This document shows positions 15,331-35,130 of a stretch of 64,000 bases of DNA, one piece after another. This DNA is from the human T2T-CHM13v2.0 reference genome, Homo sapiens. The notes under the pieces are model-generated. The model did not search any database. It was not told the origin of the DNA and saw only the letters and a program-made list of their open reading frames with translations. The DNA lies in NCBI RefSeq assembly GCF_009914755.1, contig NC_060929.1; one strand, given 5' to 3'. The translations under genes and the position numbers were made by a program. Every line of letters starts with the position of its first letter. The first letter of the stretch is position 1.

Positions 15331-18300
15331 TGGAATTACTGGAGAATCACTGTCCCTTCCAGAACCCAATCCCATACAAGCGTTCCTTGTTCTAGTAGAG
15401 TAACACACACTGCTATGTTCAATTTTTACTAATTAAAAATTACTGCCTATTTTTAAATCAAAACTATTACTCCTGAAATGGAAGCAGTAGTATGTTAATC
15501 TATTTTAAACATGATGTTTATTTCGGGTTACTATTTGGTATTCTAAGTATTCTGGTAAGTAAGCACCTCTGATGTTTACCACTTTTACTCTGGCTTCATC
15601 AAACCCCAAACATTCCACGTATAGGCAGTGAGTTATTCCATAACTTTTTCCAAGATATGATCTTTATTTTACTAGTAAGTTAAAATATAGCAATAGATAA
15701 AATATTTTAAAATTACTATCCAATGAGTATTAGAAGACAGACAGAGAGCAGAGTACTCCTTGTACAAAAGCAGAATGTCATAGAGAAATATAAATATACT
15801 TTGGCACAAATGCCAAAGTCTCAGTCAGACACACACATACAGGATGCATATTGTGATCCAAATCTTTTTACTCTGAGCCAGTGTAAAGGTTGGGCTTAGG
15901 GCAGTCATGCTCTTATCTATTTAAAGATACATTTTTGATACTAGACTCCTGTTGCTGTACCAATTTTGGTATCAGAATACTTCAAGTCCTCTTCAAAGTG
16001 AAAAGCATAGTAGCTTCCAAGTAATGTAGTTCATTTCAAGACAACTGATCTACTGCAAAACAAGAGTTGGTAATAAGAGTTCCTGGCCAGGACAATGAAG
16101 TAACATTCTCCCAGACAGGTCCATTTGAACTTAAATTATATAAATGAAATAAGGATACACTCTTCACAAAAGCATGGGCACTAATGGTACATGTAACACA
16201 CTAGTAATCCTAAGTATTTCATCAGAGTAAAGTATATTTGCAGTTAACAGCAATTTCTGATATTATAAATAAAAAAGAATGACAAAAGGCATTACCAAGT
16301 GCGTGTTCATATATATGAACTGACTCACCTTCTAAGTCAATATTTTTCTGAGCTCCTTCTTGGATATTTCATTAAGCAGATTATGTTCCTTGACATGAAC
16401 ATTTCAGTCCTCTCTCTCAGATTAGATAGTAAGTTATTCCTAACTTTGCACTATGAGATAAGTGGCAGCTAAAATCAGAAAATTCTTGGTATGGCTTAAA
16501 ATTGACTGTTTTCAGAGAAATTCAGCTAATTAAGTCAGTTACAGCACACAATTCCTCAGTGACAAAGTTAACAGTTCAAGACTGCTGCTACCTTAATATT
16601 TTTACATAGGAACAGCAAGCAAATGGTACTTTTCACCTTTCGCTCAGTTGCTTATCATTGACTGGAAAACACTGTAGTATCCCGCAAATGACTGCTACTT
16701 TTCATACAACAAAGGCTGATTTTGTTTAATCCTTTGTCAGTTAAAAAAAAAAAAAAAGGCCAGGTCTTTTGATGTCAGGAAATGCAGAAGCAAGCAAAGT
16801 CCACCAAGTAGCTAAATGAATCAATTACATTTATGTTTTTAAAACAGGTCCAAAGCCTAAAATAAGTAACCCCATAGCAAGTTTATTTTAGTATGTTTGT
16901 ACTCTCCAAGATAACAGACTTTTCCCTTCTTTAACAATAGACATCTAATTAGCATAACATTTTCAAAATTAATTTCCTGTGTTTTGGTGAGAATCTTTAG
17001 ACTGGGGCATATGGGAGGGGAAGCAGGGAAATAATTATTAAAAAGTACTCGTCTGCAGAAGAAACAGGACTATGTAATTCTTACGCAAATGTTTGTTAAC
17101 TCCCTCTGGCACAAAAACAGTGATGTCATTCTAGACAGCAGTAGAGCAGAGTTATAATGAACATCAAGTTTTTAAATCACTGACAACTTAAGGAAATTAA
17201 GAATATGACTTAAAAATCTCCTCTCCCCAGAGTACTAAATCTGTGCAAGAGGAATGTGTGCCCATCTGGGGTTATATACATATTCAGCGTCAACAAAACT
17301 TAAGTCATTTTTCCCTGCACAACAGGAAAAGATGTTGTTGTTTTCCCTTAGAACTCTGGGCAATGAAAGCCATGACTTTAAATGGCTCTGTATAAAAACA
17401 CAAGAAGGGTGGGTCATGTTCTATTAGTAAAAGCAGCTGAACACCAAGAACTTCTCTTTCTTCAAGTAAAATCTAAAAAGTAATCTCATCTTACTTTTGA
17501 CAACTATCTTTGCTTCACTTTCTCTAAAATACAGATTAATACCTTTAAAGAGGGTATAAAATGAATTTATAAATTGGCATTTGCAATGTGACTCTCACAC
17601 CAAAAGTAATCTCACACATTATTTTTTCCCCTGTAGTATGCACTAAATAAAATATCCAAATTTGATTCTGCTGAGAGCAACAATATAAACTATTTTCACT
17701 GTAATATCAACAGTATTTATCAACAATATCAATAATATTTACTATACTAAGATTTTTTAAATTTCATTTCCTAATCTCTTAGCAATAAAATATAGTATGA
17801 CCATTTCTTCAGTTTTAAAATTACCTGAAATTGACTGGAAGACCAACTCTATAGCTACATGAAATTGTAAAAGGGCTGCAAAACTTGAAGCAGTATGAGC
17901 ATACCCCTTTCTATTAACATTTAACATAACTAAGGGAAGCTGCATATATTTCATCCCACCTTTACTAAATGCCACGATTCAAATTATAGGTCAACATCCA
18001 AACTAAGAAATACAATCACAACAAAACCAACATAACATTCTAAACAAAGGGCAGTTCAGCCAAGCTGTCATAAAGAGTTCAGATTTCTACAACCTAAACA
18101 GTTGAAAAACTGCTTAACTATTTAGATTTTTTTTAATTGTTACCTATCAGGAATACACCTACTGTTTCACTTTCTACTTATGCCACATTTATCTTAAGTT
18201 TTACACTTCTGGATCTTTCAACCGTTAGAGATCAACCATTAAATTACTTCAACAAGTAGAAATAGTAACACCGCTCCCAAACAGCAATTTTTGCATTGCT

Positions 18301-19729
18301 AGACACTTATCTAGTTGGCAGATTTATACCATTGTTCATTCTTAGTTCCTTAAATGTAAAAAATACCCACAGAATGGTAGCATACCTCTAAATTAGTTTA
18401 AATATGGTACAAAGTTATTTTTAGTTAGGTTCAAGTTTTAAAAAGGCACTAATTGTTCTTTTTAAAGGCTAATCTACTCAAGTTCCTCATATTAAAAAAA
18501 AAGTTAATTTGTCTCTTTTGGAAAAAAGAAATGTTATTTATGTAATGCTCAAGCAAAAAGGGTGTTCAAATAATAGATCTGACATCAAATCAGGGTTAGG
18601 ATCATACTTATTGTTCATAAAAGTAAGTTTGACATTTATTCTAATGATGGTCCTTTCAAACACTAGTATGGTTAAATGTCATTTATATGCACTTTCAAAT
18701 ATAATTCTTATTTTAAAAATACTCCTATCCTCTACTATGCAAAGTAGAAAAGGAAGAAAACCCCCACAAGCAATTATAAACATTTTTATCCATGAAAAAA
18801 TATATACAAGAAATATTCACATAACATTTAAGATTTGTCTATTCCCTCCTTGCATGCTAGAAAGATGCAAAGACAAACACTTCCAAATACTCAGACAGAT
18901 CATTCCCCAGTTGTAACTTTCATCATAGTTCTCAAAGCAGTATGGTGAGGTCAGCTCACAAACAGCTTAAGTAGCAAAACTAGAAATTGGTGGTAGTAGT
19001 ATCAGGCTACATAACAGCCTCTCTAAAGAAGATGAAGTAAGAGAACTAAAATGTGCTGGCAACACGCCAAAAGACTGGATGGAATATAGCTTTGAGCAAC
19101 AAATACTCAGAGCTTACAGTATATAGCAATTCATCATCTCTTATCCTGTAGCTTGACTTTCCTTGTTTTAAACCAAAAATAGCCATGTATAAGAGGTATT
19201 TAACACTACAAAATGTGTCCATACTTATGAAATGAAAGATATCTGGGTCTGCAATGATTTGTTTAACTAAATACATACCCTAAAAAAAAAAAATCTGACT
19301 TACATTCTGTGTGAAGATGAGGAAGGTAAAATGGATAAAAATACATTGATATTATTATGCATAAAATAGCCTTTATTCTCTAAGGATTATACTACCCTCA
19401 AGCATAATCTTTAAGGTTTGGGTTTTCTATATTTTTAGTTCTGAGTGTCTCTTCAACTGGCTGGTATTTAGAATTAGACAACCTTCTCAATATATTTAAT
19501 GAAGAATTAATCCTGTCAGATCAGAGGACGTGATTTTGGTCAGATATAATTTTTTTGACCTTAGTCAAAATATATGTTACTTTTATAATTTCATCTTACA
19601 TGGATCATATATTAAAATAGGATAATAAACTCATTCTTAAGTCTCTAACACTTTCTAAAATACTTTTTTTTCTAAGAAACCAAAAGAAAAAAGTTATTTT
19701 AGGCCAGAAAAAAGAATCAGATTCAATTC

Positions 19730-20570
19730 AAATCAATACACATTTAATAGCTATTTTGTGCCAGACATTATACTGAGAATGAGGAAACAAAGATAATATA
19801 TATACATGGTCTCCCAGAGCTGACAATCTGGCTGGGAAGACCGACCCATTTAAACACACCTACACACTCAATGTGCTTTACTAGCTGTAGGAACAAAAGC
19901 CCTACTATCGCCAAGGAAAGAGTGAATGAGTCTGCCCCAGGGGCTGAAAAAATCTTCAGAGGCAAAGTAAGAGTAGAGCTATGTCTTGAAGGATAAGAAT
20001 TTCACAAGGAAAAGAGGAATATTGCCAGCCAAGGACAATGTTATTCGCCAAAGACTGAGCAAAAGCAAAAAAGCACAAAAACATAACATGTGTGAGGAAA
20101 CCTATGTGGCAAGGGTAGGATAACAATTTCTAGTACATGTGCTACTACTCTTCTACCCTCACTGTGTAACAGACATCACTAATCAATTAAAGCATGTTTA
20201 AAACCCATTTGACATCTCAAAATTCTTCTCAACATATAACACAAACTAGTAGAAGGAGGTAGGTCCATGAGATGAAATATACATGCTATCCTAACCCTGG
20301 AAAAAGAAAGTGGTGGGACTTGAGGCAAAGGGTAAATTAAGAACAGATTATGAATAACCATGAATGCAAGGCCAACAAGTTTAGATTTTATCCTGTGGAC
20401 AACAGAGGATGAACAAAGGACTTTAGGAAGAATATTGATGTGATTAATTCTGAAAGATATGTGAAGAATGGATTTGGACAGACAGAATGAAGGCAGGAAG
20501 AAAGAACAGTTAAGATGCTATCATAAAAGTCCAGGCAAGAAGCAATGAGACCTGAATTTCAGCAATGGGA
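19730..20570. mobile_element. L2 fragment
   Basis: Degenerate attcaa tail plus tgtgccagacatt...gagctgacaatct, typical of an L2 3' end. Confidence 0.6.
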
Positions 20571-22187
20571 AAATCTACTGCATGTTCTAAAAGAAAAATG
20601 AAGTTTTGGATTTTATTATAACCATTTTATTACGGTTTTAAAATGAAAATTTGGGAAAAAGTAATATTCTAGTCAGAATTCCCAAATAACACTCAAAATG
20701 GAAAAGAAAAAACAAAGTAAGGTAAAGACTAGAATTAAAGAAGTGAATCACAATGATACCCAAAATTACTCGACTATAAATTCAGAAATAGATATCTCAG
20801 GTTTAGCATCAAGAAAGAGAACATCCTCATGACCAGACTAATACTCAGCAAGTCTTTTCTTCCTCTCAGGGCACTAATACGCTAGCCAAACAACAAACGC
20901 TATTCACCTTACATGCCCCTACAATACAGGGTCAAACTCATACTCCCGGTGAGATGCAGACAGCACTAAAGTCAAATTTAAAACAGAAGTCTGAAATCAT
21001 GTAGAAGCTCAACTTTATCCAAACATTTAAAACTCCACACTTCTTTTAAGAAACGTAATTTATATGAAATAAACCTTCTGGAAATAATACCATTCTACTA
21101 TTTATTAATTCATATCCTAGCCTTTAAACTCCAAAATTCTTGGTATGGAAAACAACTTATCTGTAGCACTTTGGAAAATATGTACAAAAAACAACTCTCC
21201 TAACACTTCTGCAGAACGTTTAATAAATGAAACTATTCTAATTAAAAATTAAAACTTCACTGTAGCTCAAAAGCCCAAAGGGAGTAAAACGTTTTTTCTA
21301 TTTTGAAAAAGGAATTCTTTAGCTATTGCAAACAAAGGCTAGCGCAGTGATGTGAAATCCAAGTACAACATGTTAATAAAGCTGGCATTACTGTTTTAAG
21401 ACCTAAGGATATTCACATTAAGGATAAAATTATCCTGTAGTGAATGCCAACAATGCATTTCATACTACACAGACACATATTCAAGGGTTCTACTTTGTTC
21501 CAATTCTTTTGTGTCCCAGTAACAAACTCTCAAATTGGGATCCTTATCCTCTTAAACTAAAATGAAATATATGAGCTTGGACATAAAATTTACTTGTGCT
21601 ACATTATTCATTCTGAGAAAGCAAATCAGATGAACAATTTAACATAATCTAATTCTGAACCATAAAGATATGGATTAGTCAGTGATGAGCAGGTCTACTT
21701 CTCATGATGTCATTCCAAAGTCATTATTAAATTTTACACATGTTATTCTTTCTTCAAATCAATCACAAAACAAGTCATCCCGAGACTGAGGTCAAATTCC
21801 ATTCTAACTAAAAGATCTCCAAATCTGAAGTAATGGTCTACTTACTAAGTAATACTCAAAGACCAAATTCCAGAAAAACCCTCCTCCTGTACCTCCCCCC
21901 AACTTAAAAAAAAAAAAAATCAGTCTTCTCCTTTTAGCTCACTGTAATGGAATGTGACCTGTACTTAAGGGCTTTTCCATTCCTTTTTTTCTGCTTACAG
22001 AATATGAAGCAGACCTATTCTCTCTCACAAGGGCAATATGCTTTTAAAAGAAAAAAAGGTGAAATGTACGAAGTTAATAATGTATTAATTAGAACAAACA
22101 AAAGTAAAATAATTTACTAGATTTCTCACATGTGAGTTGTCCTCCTGTTAGAACAATGCATGACACTTAGAATGAGTGTATTTTTTA

Positions 22188-23758
<1,571 letters not shown>

Positions 23759-23845
23759 TAACCCAAGTTTTAAGATGAACAAATTCTATTTAACTCGGAC
23801 AAAAGCACTCCCAAAATAACTCCATTAAGGACACATTTTACTTAC

Positions 23846-24012
23846 ATTCTTCCTACACCTTCATACATGTTAGTCTCATCTACCAAAGTCATGATCTCTG
23901 TATCTGTAAGATGTGCATGCTTTTTCGTTCTGTTTAGCTGTTCAATCTGTATGTCTGCGAGCTTCACCTTCTGTTGAGTGTCAATAACTTTGGCTTGAAG
24001 CTCTGTGAAGGC
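23846..24012 (-). CDS. PFDN1: Prefoldin subunit 1, exon 2 (AFTELQAKVIDTQQKVKLADIQIEQLNRTKKHAHLTDTEIMTLVDETNMYEGVGR)
   Basis: tttttattag|GCC...GGAAGAAT|gtaagt. 167 nt, continues the exon 1 frame and ends in phase 2. Confidence 0.98.
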
Positions 24013-25321
24013 CTAATAAAAACAAGTCCATGATTTAGTAGGTAAAACATTTTACAGGAAACATTTACCTCAAATCCAAATATATTAAAACAAAATATGC
24101 TAGCCAGAGACAAAGCTGTGAAATTTACCAAACATCAATAAAAGTCAACATAACTGTAAACAATCAAGTCACCATACTAAATACTGAATTTACAATCATC
24201 AGAAGATACAATCAGTGTGAAGCAAATCAAATGCATATTAAGTAATAACCATATTAAGTAGCAAGTACTCAAGGAGTAGTAAAAGAAATAAATGCAATAG
24301 TCAAGGATGAAATCCAGAGATTCAAAACAAGAACCATAAAAGTAATAACTCACTACATTTGTATTGCACAATTAGGTTTCAAAGCACTTTCTCACATTAG
24401 TTTGAAATATTAACATGGGAATATTAATATAAGAATATTAATGAGGAAATATAATAAATATCTCATTTATGCCTCTCAGTAATTCCATGAGTTAGCATTG
24501 GCAGTCTCATCATCCACAATTTACAAATTAAGTAACCAAATGAGTTAAGAGATAAAAGTGGCTTGCACAAGGTTGAACAACTACTGGGGGGAAGGCAGGT
24601 GTTATTTAAATCCATTTCTTCTAACCCCTTAGTTCAGCAATCTTTCCATTCCACTGTCTATAGTAATATTCATAATATGAACATTTTTAAGAGGAAGACC
24701 AAGAAAGAGAGTGAGAAAAAATGCAAAGCACTGGCAAAAGAATTGCATCATGATCTTCATCCACAGATACCAGGCCAAATTTGACCCTTGCGTACACTTA
24801 CTTAACTGGAAGATAAACAGTTCTTGGATACTTTTGTTGAAGTGCCTGGAATGACTTTCACATGCTGTTAAATTTGTGCCTTAATAACATCTGTGACTGC
24901 AATGCACAGCAAAGGCTACTACATAATTTTTATTGTGACCTTGTTTTCACCTACTAGTAAGGTTTTGAAAGATTTACTTTGGGGAAGGGGAGGGGCCTGA
25001 AATTTCCTATTTGTCTCCACCCAAAAAAAGGACCCTGTAAAAACATTAGAAGATAAAACCTTTAAACAAGTTTTTTAATTAATTGGTTATCAAAATTATT
25101 CATTTTAAGTTTGTAATCATTTTCTTAGTTTGCATTCACCGCCCGCAAGTTTCAAATGTAGCAATAAATTCAAAAGTACCGGGAGGCAAATCCATTCACT
25201 AAACCCTGATTTAAATCGGTACTTTTAACAGAAGAAAAGGTAAATTTTTAGAATGCACAATTTTGTTTTGAAATGTAAAATTCCAGGTATCATCTGACTG
25301 CTCTATACAGCTTGCTAAGGA

Positions 25322-25365
25322 AGCTAGTATACCATTAAAGATGAGCTAGTATACTGTTAAAGATT
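25322..25365. repeat. 22-bp tandem duplication
   Basis: AGCTAGTATACCATTAAAGATG / AGCTAGTATACTGTTAAAGATT. Confidence 0.9.
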
Positions 25366-25862
25366 AGAGACTCCACCTAAGAGCTAAATTTACAAGATTC
25401 AAGACAAGAAGAACAAAAGCAAGACACAAACACATAATATCCTCACAACACTAACAAAAGCTTCATTTGTTAGAAGCAACAGCTATTTCGGCTGTCCTAT
25501 TTCTTTTACACAAGTTGACCACAGGCAGTCTTAACTAAGATGTTGCTCATCTGAAGAACTCAAAATAGTGGTCAAAAAAGTGTGAGATAAGGCAGAGAAT
25601 ACTGGATTCTAGTCCCAACTTCTGACAGACTTTTCTGGCACTGGTTCCTTTTCCAGAAAAGTAGATTTAAAATAGATAAATTCTAGGGTCCTTTCCAATC
25701 CACCCCACCGCACAAAGCATACTGGTTTGGGGTCATTAGTGGTGTTAGAATGCTGATCATTCTTAGATAGCAAAAATCTGAATAACAACACATTTATAAG
25801 CAACTGAGGAAAACAGGAAACCCAATTCCTTCCGATACCGGTTTTATTTGGAAAACTTTACT

Positions 25863-25945
25863 GGTTTTGTTTTGTTTTTGACAATTCCTTCAAAAGAAGG
25901 AGGTTTTGTTTTGTTTTGTTTGACGAGTCCTTCAAAAGAAGTGGA
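25863..25945. repeat. Imperfect ~40-bp tandem duplication in PFDN1 intron 1
   Basis: GGTTTTGTTTTG...TGAC...TCCTTCAAAAGAAG occurs twice. Confidence 0.85.
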
Positions 25946-26199
25946 GGGGGGGCAAAATCCTGAAATGAACATTGCTGCTACAATGCTTGGTTTTCCGAAC
26001 TGTAGATATTGCAACTTTCAAGGTACAGAACCGAATAAATGGCCTAAAAACAAAGGTTGGACTTGGAGTTTTTCAAAGCAAATGAGGCAGAATTACGGAT
26101 GCCACAGCTCAGGCAAGGGGTCCGAAGGGACCCCCATTTGAAATGCTCTCTTTAGTTCTTACTATGAAAGTGAGTCCCTGAAGCCTCCAAACGCAACGA

Positions 26200-26760
26200 A
26201 ATGTCTCTGGAGCTCAGAAAGACTGGACAAGCCCGAGACAGGCCCGCAGACTTACCCGACCCAGACCAACCGGCTCCTACCCAGCAAGAGCCGCTCGCCC
26301 CCCACCCCGTTTATGGAGACCCAGTGAGGCCTTAGGACTCTGGGAAACCATTCCCTAGTCCACTGGACCCTCCTTCCTTCTGCAAGGCTCGTGCCTCACT
26401 TGATATTCTTGTCTATAGTCCCCTCAGCCTCCAAAAAGAAGACCTCCGCCTGCCAAAGACCCTCTTTTACCTTCTTCAGCTCTAGATCCACGGGGGCGGC
26501 CATCTTGGTGCACTGTAAGCGCCTGCGCAGTGGGAGTTGGACTGAAATAGGGTGGGGAAGGGCGCGTCTTACTTTGTGCGCCGGTCTTTCTTCTGCGCCT
26601 GCGCATGAGTTGGACTAACCGGGCTTCTTATCTTTCTCTGAGAATTGACTCCTGAAATATTTGGGTTTCGGATTCCGTGTCTTCACTACCTGACCGGTCA
26701 GGTCTGGCTTGCTCCTCCGTATCTTCCAGACATAGCCCAACGCGCAGATTTCCCATGTGG
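26200..26760 (-). promoter_or_regulatory. PFDN1: PFDN1 CpG-enriched TATA-less promoter with two NRF1 sites and a YY1 site overlapping the start codon
   Basis: Local CpG enrichment. GCGCCTGCGCA at 26519-26529 and TGCGCCTGCGCA at 26594-26605 match the NRF1 consensus. Minus-strand CCAAGATGGCCGC at 26496-26508 is YY1-like and coincides with the Kozak context. Confidence 0.85.
26471..26503 (-). CDS. PFDN1: Prefoldin subunit 1, coding exon 1 (MAAPVDLELKK)
   Basis: Minus strand reads ccaagATGGCCGCCCCCGTGGATCTAGAGCTGAAGAAG|gtaaaa. 33 nt, phase 0; peptide matches the recognised PFDN1 N-terminus. Confidence 0.98.
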
Positions 26761-27000
26761 CTTTAAGCAGTTTGCCAGCTAGCTTAATATGTGCTGCTAA
26801 ATTGAGATGTATGTAGATGAGGTCAAACCCTCATCAGTCGATCAGTCCTTCAGCTAGTCGCTGTGCTCTCAGGGATGAGTAAGAGTAAGTCCAGAACCTC
26901 AGGCATGACAGTTTGGGAAAGACTATTGGAAAGCTTGTCTGGAGTGTTCTTTCCAAAACGAACTTATTACTTCCAAAAGCTTCCCAAAGACATTCTAGGC

Positions 27001-27186
27001 ACAGTGGTTCTCAAGAGAGGCTGAATACGTTTGTTTAAAAACAAAAAAATGCAGGTTCTCTGGGTCTCATCTCAAACGTACTCAGAATCTTTGAGAATGG
27101 GGTCTGGAAATTTGCACTTTTGCAGACTACCCCAGTGACCTAATGGTGCAACTCCTCCGCGGATCACTTTTTTGAGAATCTCTGCC
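27001..27186. mobile_element. MER5-like (hAT-Charlie) DNA transposon remnant
   Basis: cagtggttctcaa ... tttgagaatctctg terminal inverted-repeat pattern with internal cagaatct...ggggtctggaaatttgca. Confidence 0.65.
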
Positions 27187-27369
27187 ATAAAAGGACCTGG
27201 CATTTGAACCAGAATAGATAATAATTGACTTTTGGAAATGGAAAAAAAAGTTAACCTACTCTAAAAACTGTTATGCTAAGAGAAAGTGCTACATAAATAA
27301 TTAGGAAATTTATTTTATTTTTTAAAAAAAGAAAGAAAGAGAGAAAGAAAACAAACTGTTAGGGAGATG

Positions 27370-28280
<911 letters not shown>

Positions 28281-28689
28281 TCGCCGTCCTGTTTGTCTTT
28301 CAAAGTCCAGCAAATGGGCACTACATCCCCCATCACACAGAGCAAAGATAATCTCTCCTCTGAACTCCCCTCACAACATCTATTTCTCTCTCAAGGCATA
28401 TAACACTGTCTACCTTTTTTTAGAAAACATTTTTCTTAGACTGTAAGCTCCTTGAAATCAAGAACTATGGAATAATGGTTCTTCCACCTCTTGTACCTAG
28501 AACACCTGTCACAGTGCATCACAGGGGAAAAAAATACAAAATGGATACTGGATGTGAATAAATTATTCTGGAAAAAAAAAAGAAGACTCATTCCTCCCCA
28601 ATTTGAGAAAGAGTAAAAAGGATCTGATATTTTGATTCTCTGGGACCTTCTTAGATTCTCATTACAGATGATCAATAAATACTGACTGA

Positions 28690-29498
<809 letters not shown>

Positions 29499-29523
29499 TG
29501 ATAAGTAAATTCTCTTCATCTTT

Positions 29524-30592
<1,069 letters not shown>

Positions 30593-30620
30593 CTCTGTGT
30601 ATATCTAAAAATGTACATCA

Positions 30621-31213
<593 letters not shown>

Positions 31214-31239
31214 AAAAAATATGTATATTTTTTTAAATA

Positions 31240-32030
31240 AATAAATGCATATCTAAAAGGTTCACCCTTATTTTTGAATGACAGCTTAGCTATATATAGA
31301 ACTATAGGTTGACAATTATTATTGAAGGCATTTTTCCATAGTTTTCTGATTTTATATACTGATAAAAAGTCCTCTGTCAGGCTGCTTTTCATTTCTTTGT
31401 TAGAAATCTGTCTTTTCTCTGGTATATTTTAAGATTCACTTTGTCTTTGGGTTTTGCCCTTCTACTTTGATGTGTGTGTTTGTGTTTGTGTGTGTGTTTG
31501 TAGATTAAAAATATATACCTAAAAATTCACCTAAACCTTTATCTTAAAATGTATATTCTAAAAATCTTTCTTACTTGGTACATAGTATGCTTCTTCTTTT
31601 TTCTTTTTTTCTTTTTAATTTTTATAATAGAGATGGAGGGGGGTGTCTCACTCTGTTGCCCAGCTGGTCTCGAACTCCTGGCTTCAAGCAATCCACCTGC
31701 CTCATCTTCCCAAAGTGCTGGGATTATAGGCATTAGCCACCATGCCTGGACCATAGTATGCTTCTTTAATCTAAGGATTTATGTCAGTTCTAGAAAATGT
31801 TCAACCAGTATCTCATGCAACATTGGCTCTCATTTCTCCTTGTAGAACTCTCATTAGAAGTATGTGGAAGTATCCACATCTCTCAACCTCTATTTTACAC
31901 TTACTATTTCCCTGTGCTAAACCTTAGGTTTCTACAACACTCTCCACCAACTTACTAATTTTCTTTTCAACTATGTCTCGTTTACCATTTAAAGCATCCA
32001 TTAGTATTTTATTTCAGTAACCATAATCCT
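31240..32030 (-). mobile_element. Old L1 ORF1-region fragment (antisense) with an inserted FLAM (~31600-31752)
   Basis: ttcacccttatttttgaatgacagcttagct...atagaactataggttgaca is a typical antisense L1M segment. Confidence 0.65.
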
Positions 32031-32034
32031 ATTT

Positions 32035-32620
<586 letters not shown>

Positions 32621-32859
32621 TGACAGGAAGAGACTGTGTTTGAAAGCTCTGAAGGGCTTGCAGTCCTTGGATACTTGCCCCAAAAATAAACATGATGTGC
32701 TTGCTTTATTATTGTGATAGAAAAAAACAAACTTCACACTCAAGTCTTCACTATTACAAGGATGTACTCCTGAAGCTCAGCCAGTCCACGGTTGTGGACT
32801 CTAAAATAGTGATCTCCCATTATCCCTCAGATCTACTTAATAATGCTCAATATATTTTT

Positions 32860-34260
<1,401 letters not shown>

Positions 34261-34359
34261 CAGGAAAGTTAATTTTTGTAATATAGTCTGTAAGCAGTCT
34301 CAAGGCTGCTCCACAGGAATAATAAGAATAATCCTTCCACTTGTGAATAGACTGTATAA

Positions 34360-35130
34360 GTGAGAATGTAGGTTCAGCTGCTATAGCAGAGATCCAAAAT
34401 AGCAGTGGCTAAAATAAGATAGAAGCTTGTTTCTCTCTACTATACTCAACTAGGCATAAGCAGTCTAGGGCAAGTATGTGAGTCCCACAGTGCCAAAGTT
34501 CCCAGGCTCCTTCTATCTTATCCGTAAGATCCAAGATGACTCATCACTACCATGTTCATAGTCTAGCTGAAAAGACAGAAAAAAAGGGGGAGGCTCACAC
34601 TTTCCCTTTAAAGGCATATCCCAGAAGTTGTGAGCATGGTTCTATTCACACCCCATTGACCCAAACAGAATTGTGGCCACTCCTGATTGCGAGAGATACC
34701 AGGACATTTATTATTACAGGCAACTGTGCGCCCATTTAAATATCAACAAATATCACGAAAGGGGAGTAGAGGACAGATATTCAAGGGAAATTAGCAGTTT
34801 TTGACATAAGTTTTCAGCTGACGAAGCTATTTCTCATTCATCATATCATTTCATCTTCACAACTTTGTGACATGGATAGACCCTAAGAGTTCATTCAGTT
34901 TGAGGGGAAGTTTAGAAGGGTGGTTAAGAGTATGCGCTTTAGAGTTTCAAATCCCATCTCCACCATTTACTAGCTGTGACATCCAAGGAAAACTGCTTAA
35001 CTTCTCAGAGCTTCAGTCTCTTCAGTTGTAAAATGGAGGTAATAACAGTACCCGTTTCATAGGTTTTTATGAGGAATAAATGTGATAATGAATGCACAGT
35101 TCCAGGCATACAGTTGCACCTATGCTTACA
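34360..35130. mobile_element. MLT1-like LTR fragment (~34360-34800) and MIR (~34910-35130)
   Basis: cagtggctaaaataagatagaag...tttctctct (MLT1-like); ctcagagcttcagtctcttcagttgtaaaatggaggtaataacagtacc (MIR core). Confidence 0.65.

Noticed and set aside
18509-18916. 135-aa plus-strand ORF in the Alu desert
   Set aside because: Non-ATG start, AT-biased composition, no recognisable homology.
26391-26618. ORFs on both strands over the PFDN1 promoter
   Set aside because: Out of frame with or antisense to the true exon 1; GC-rich chance ORFs.
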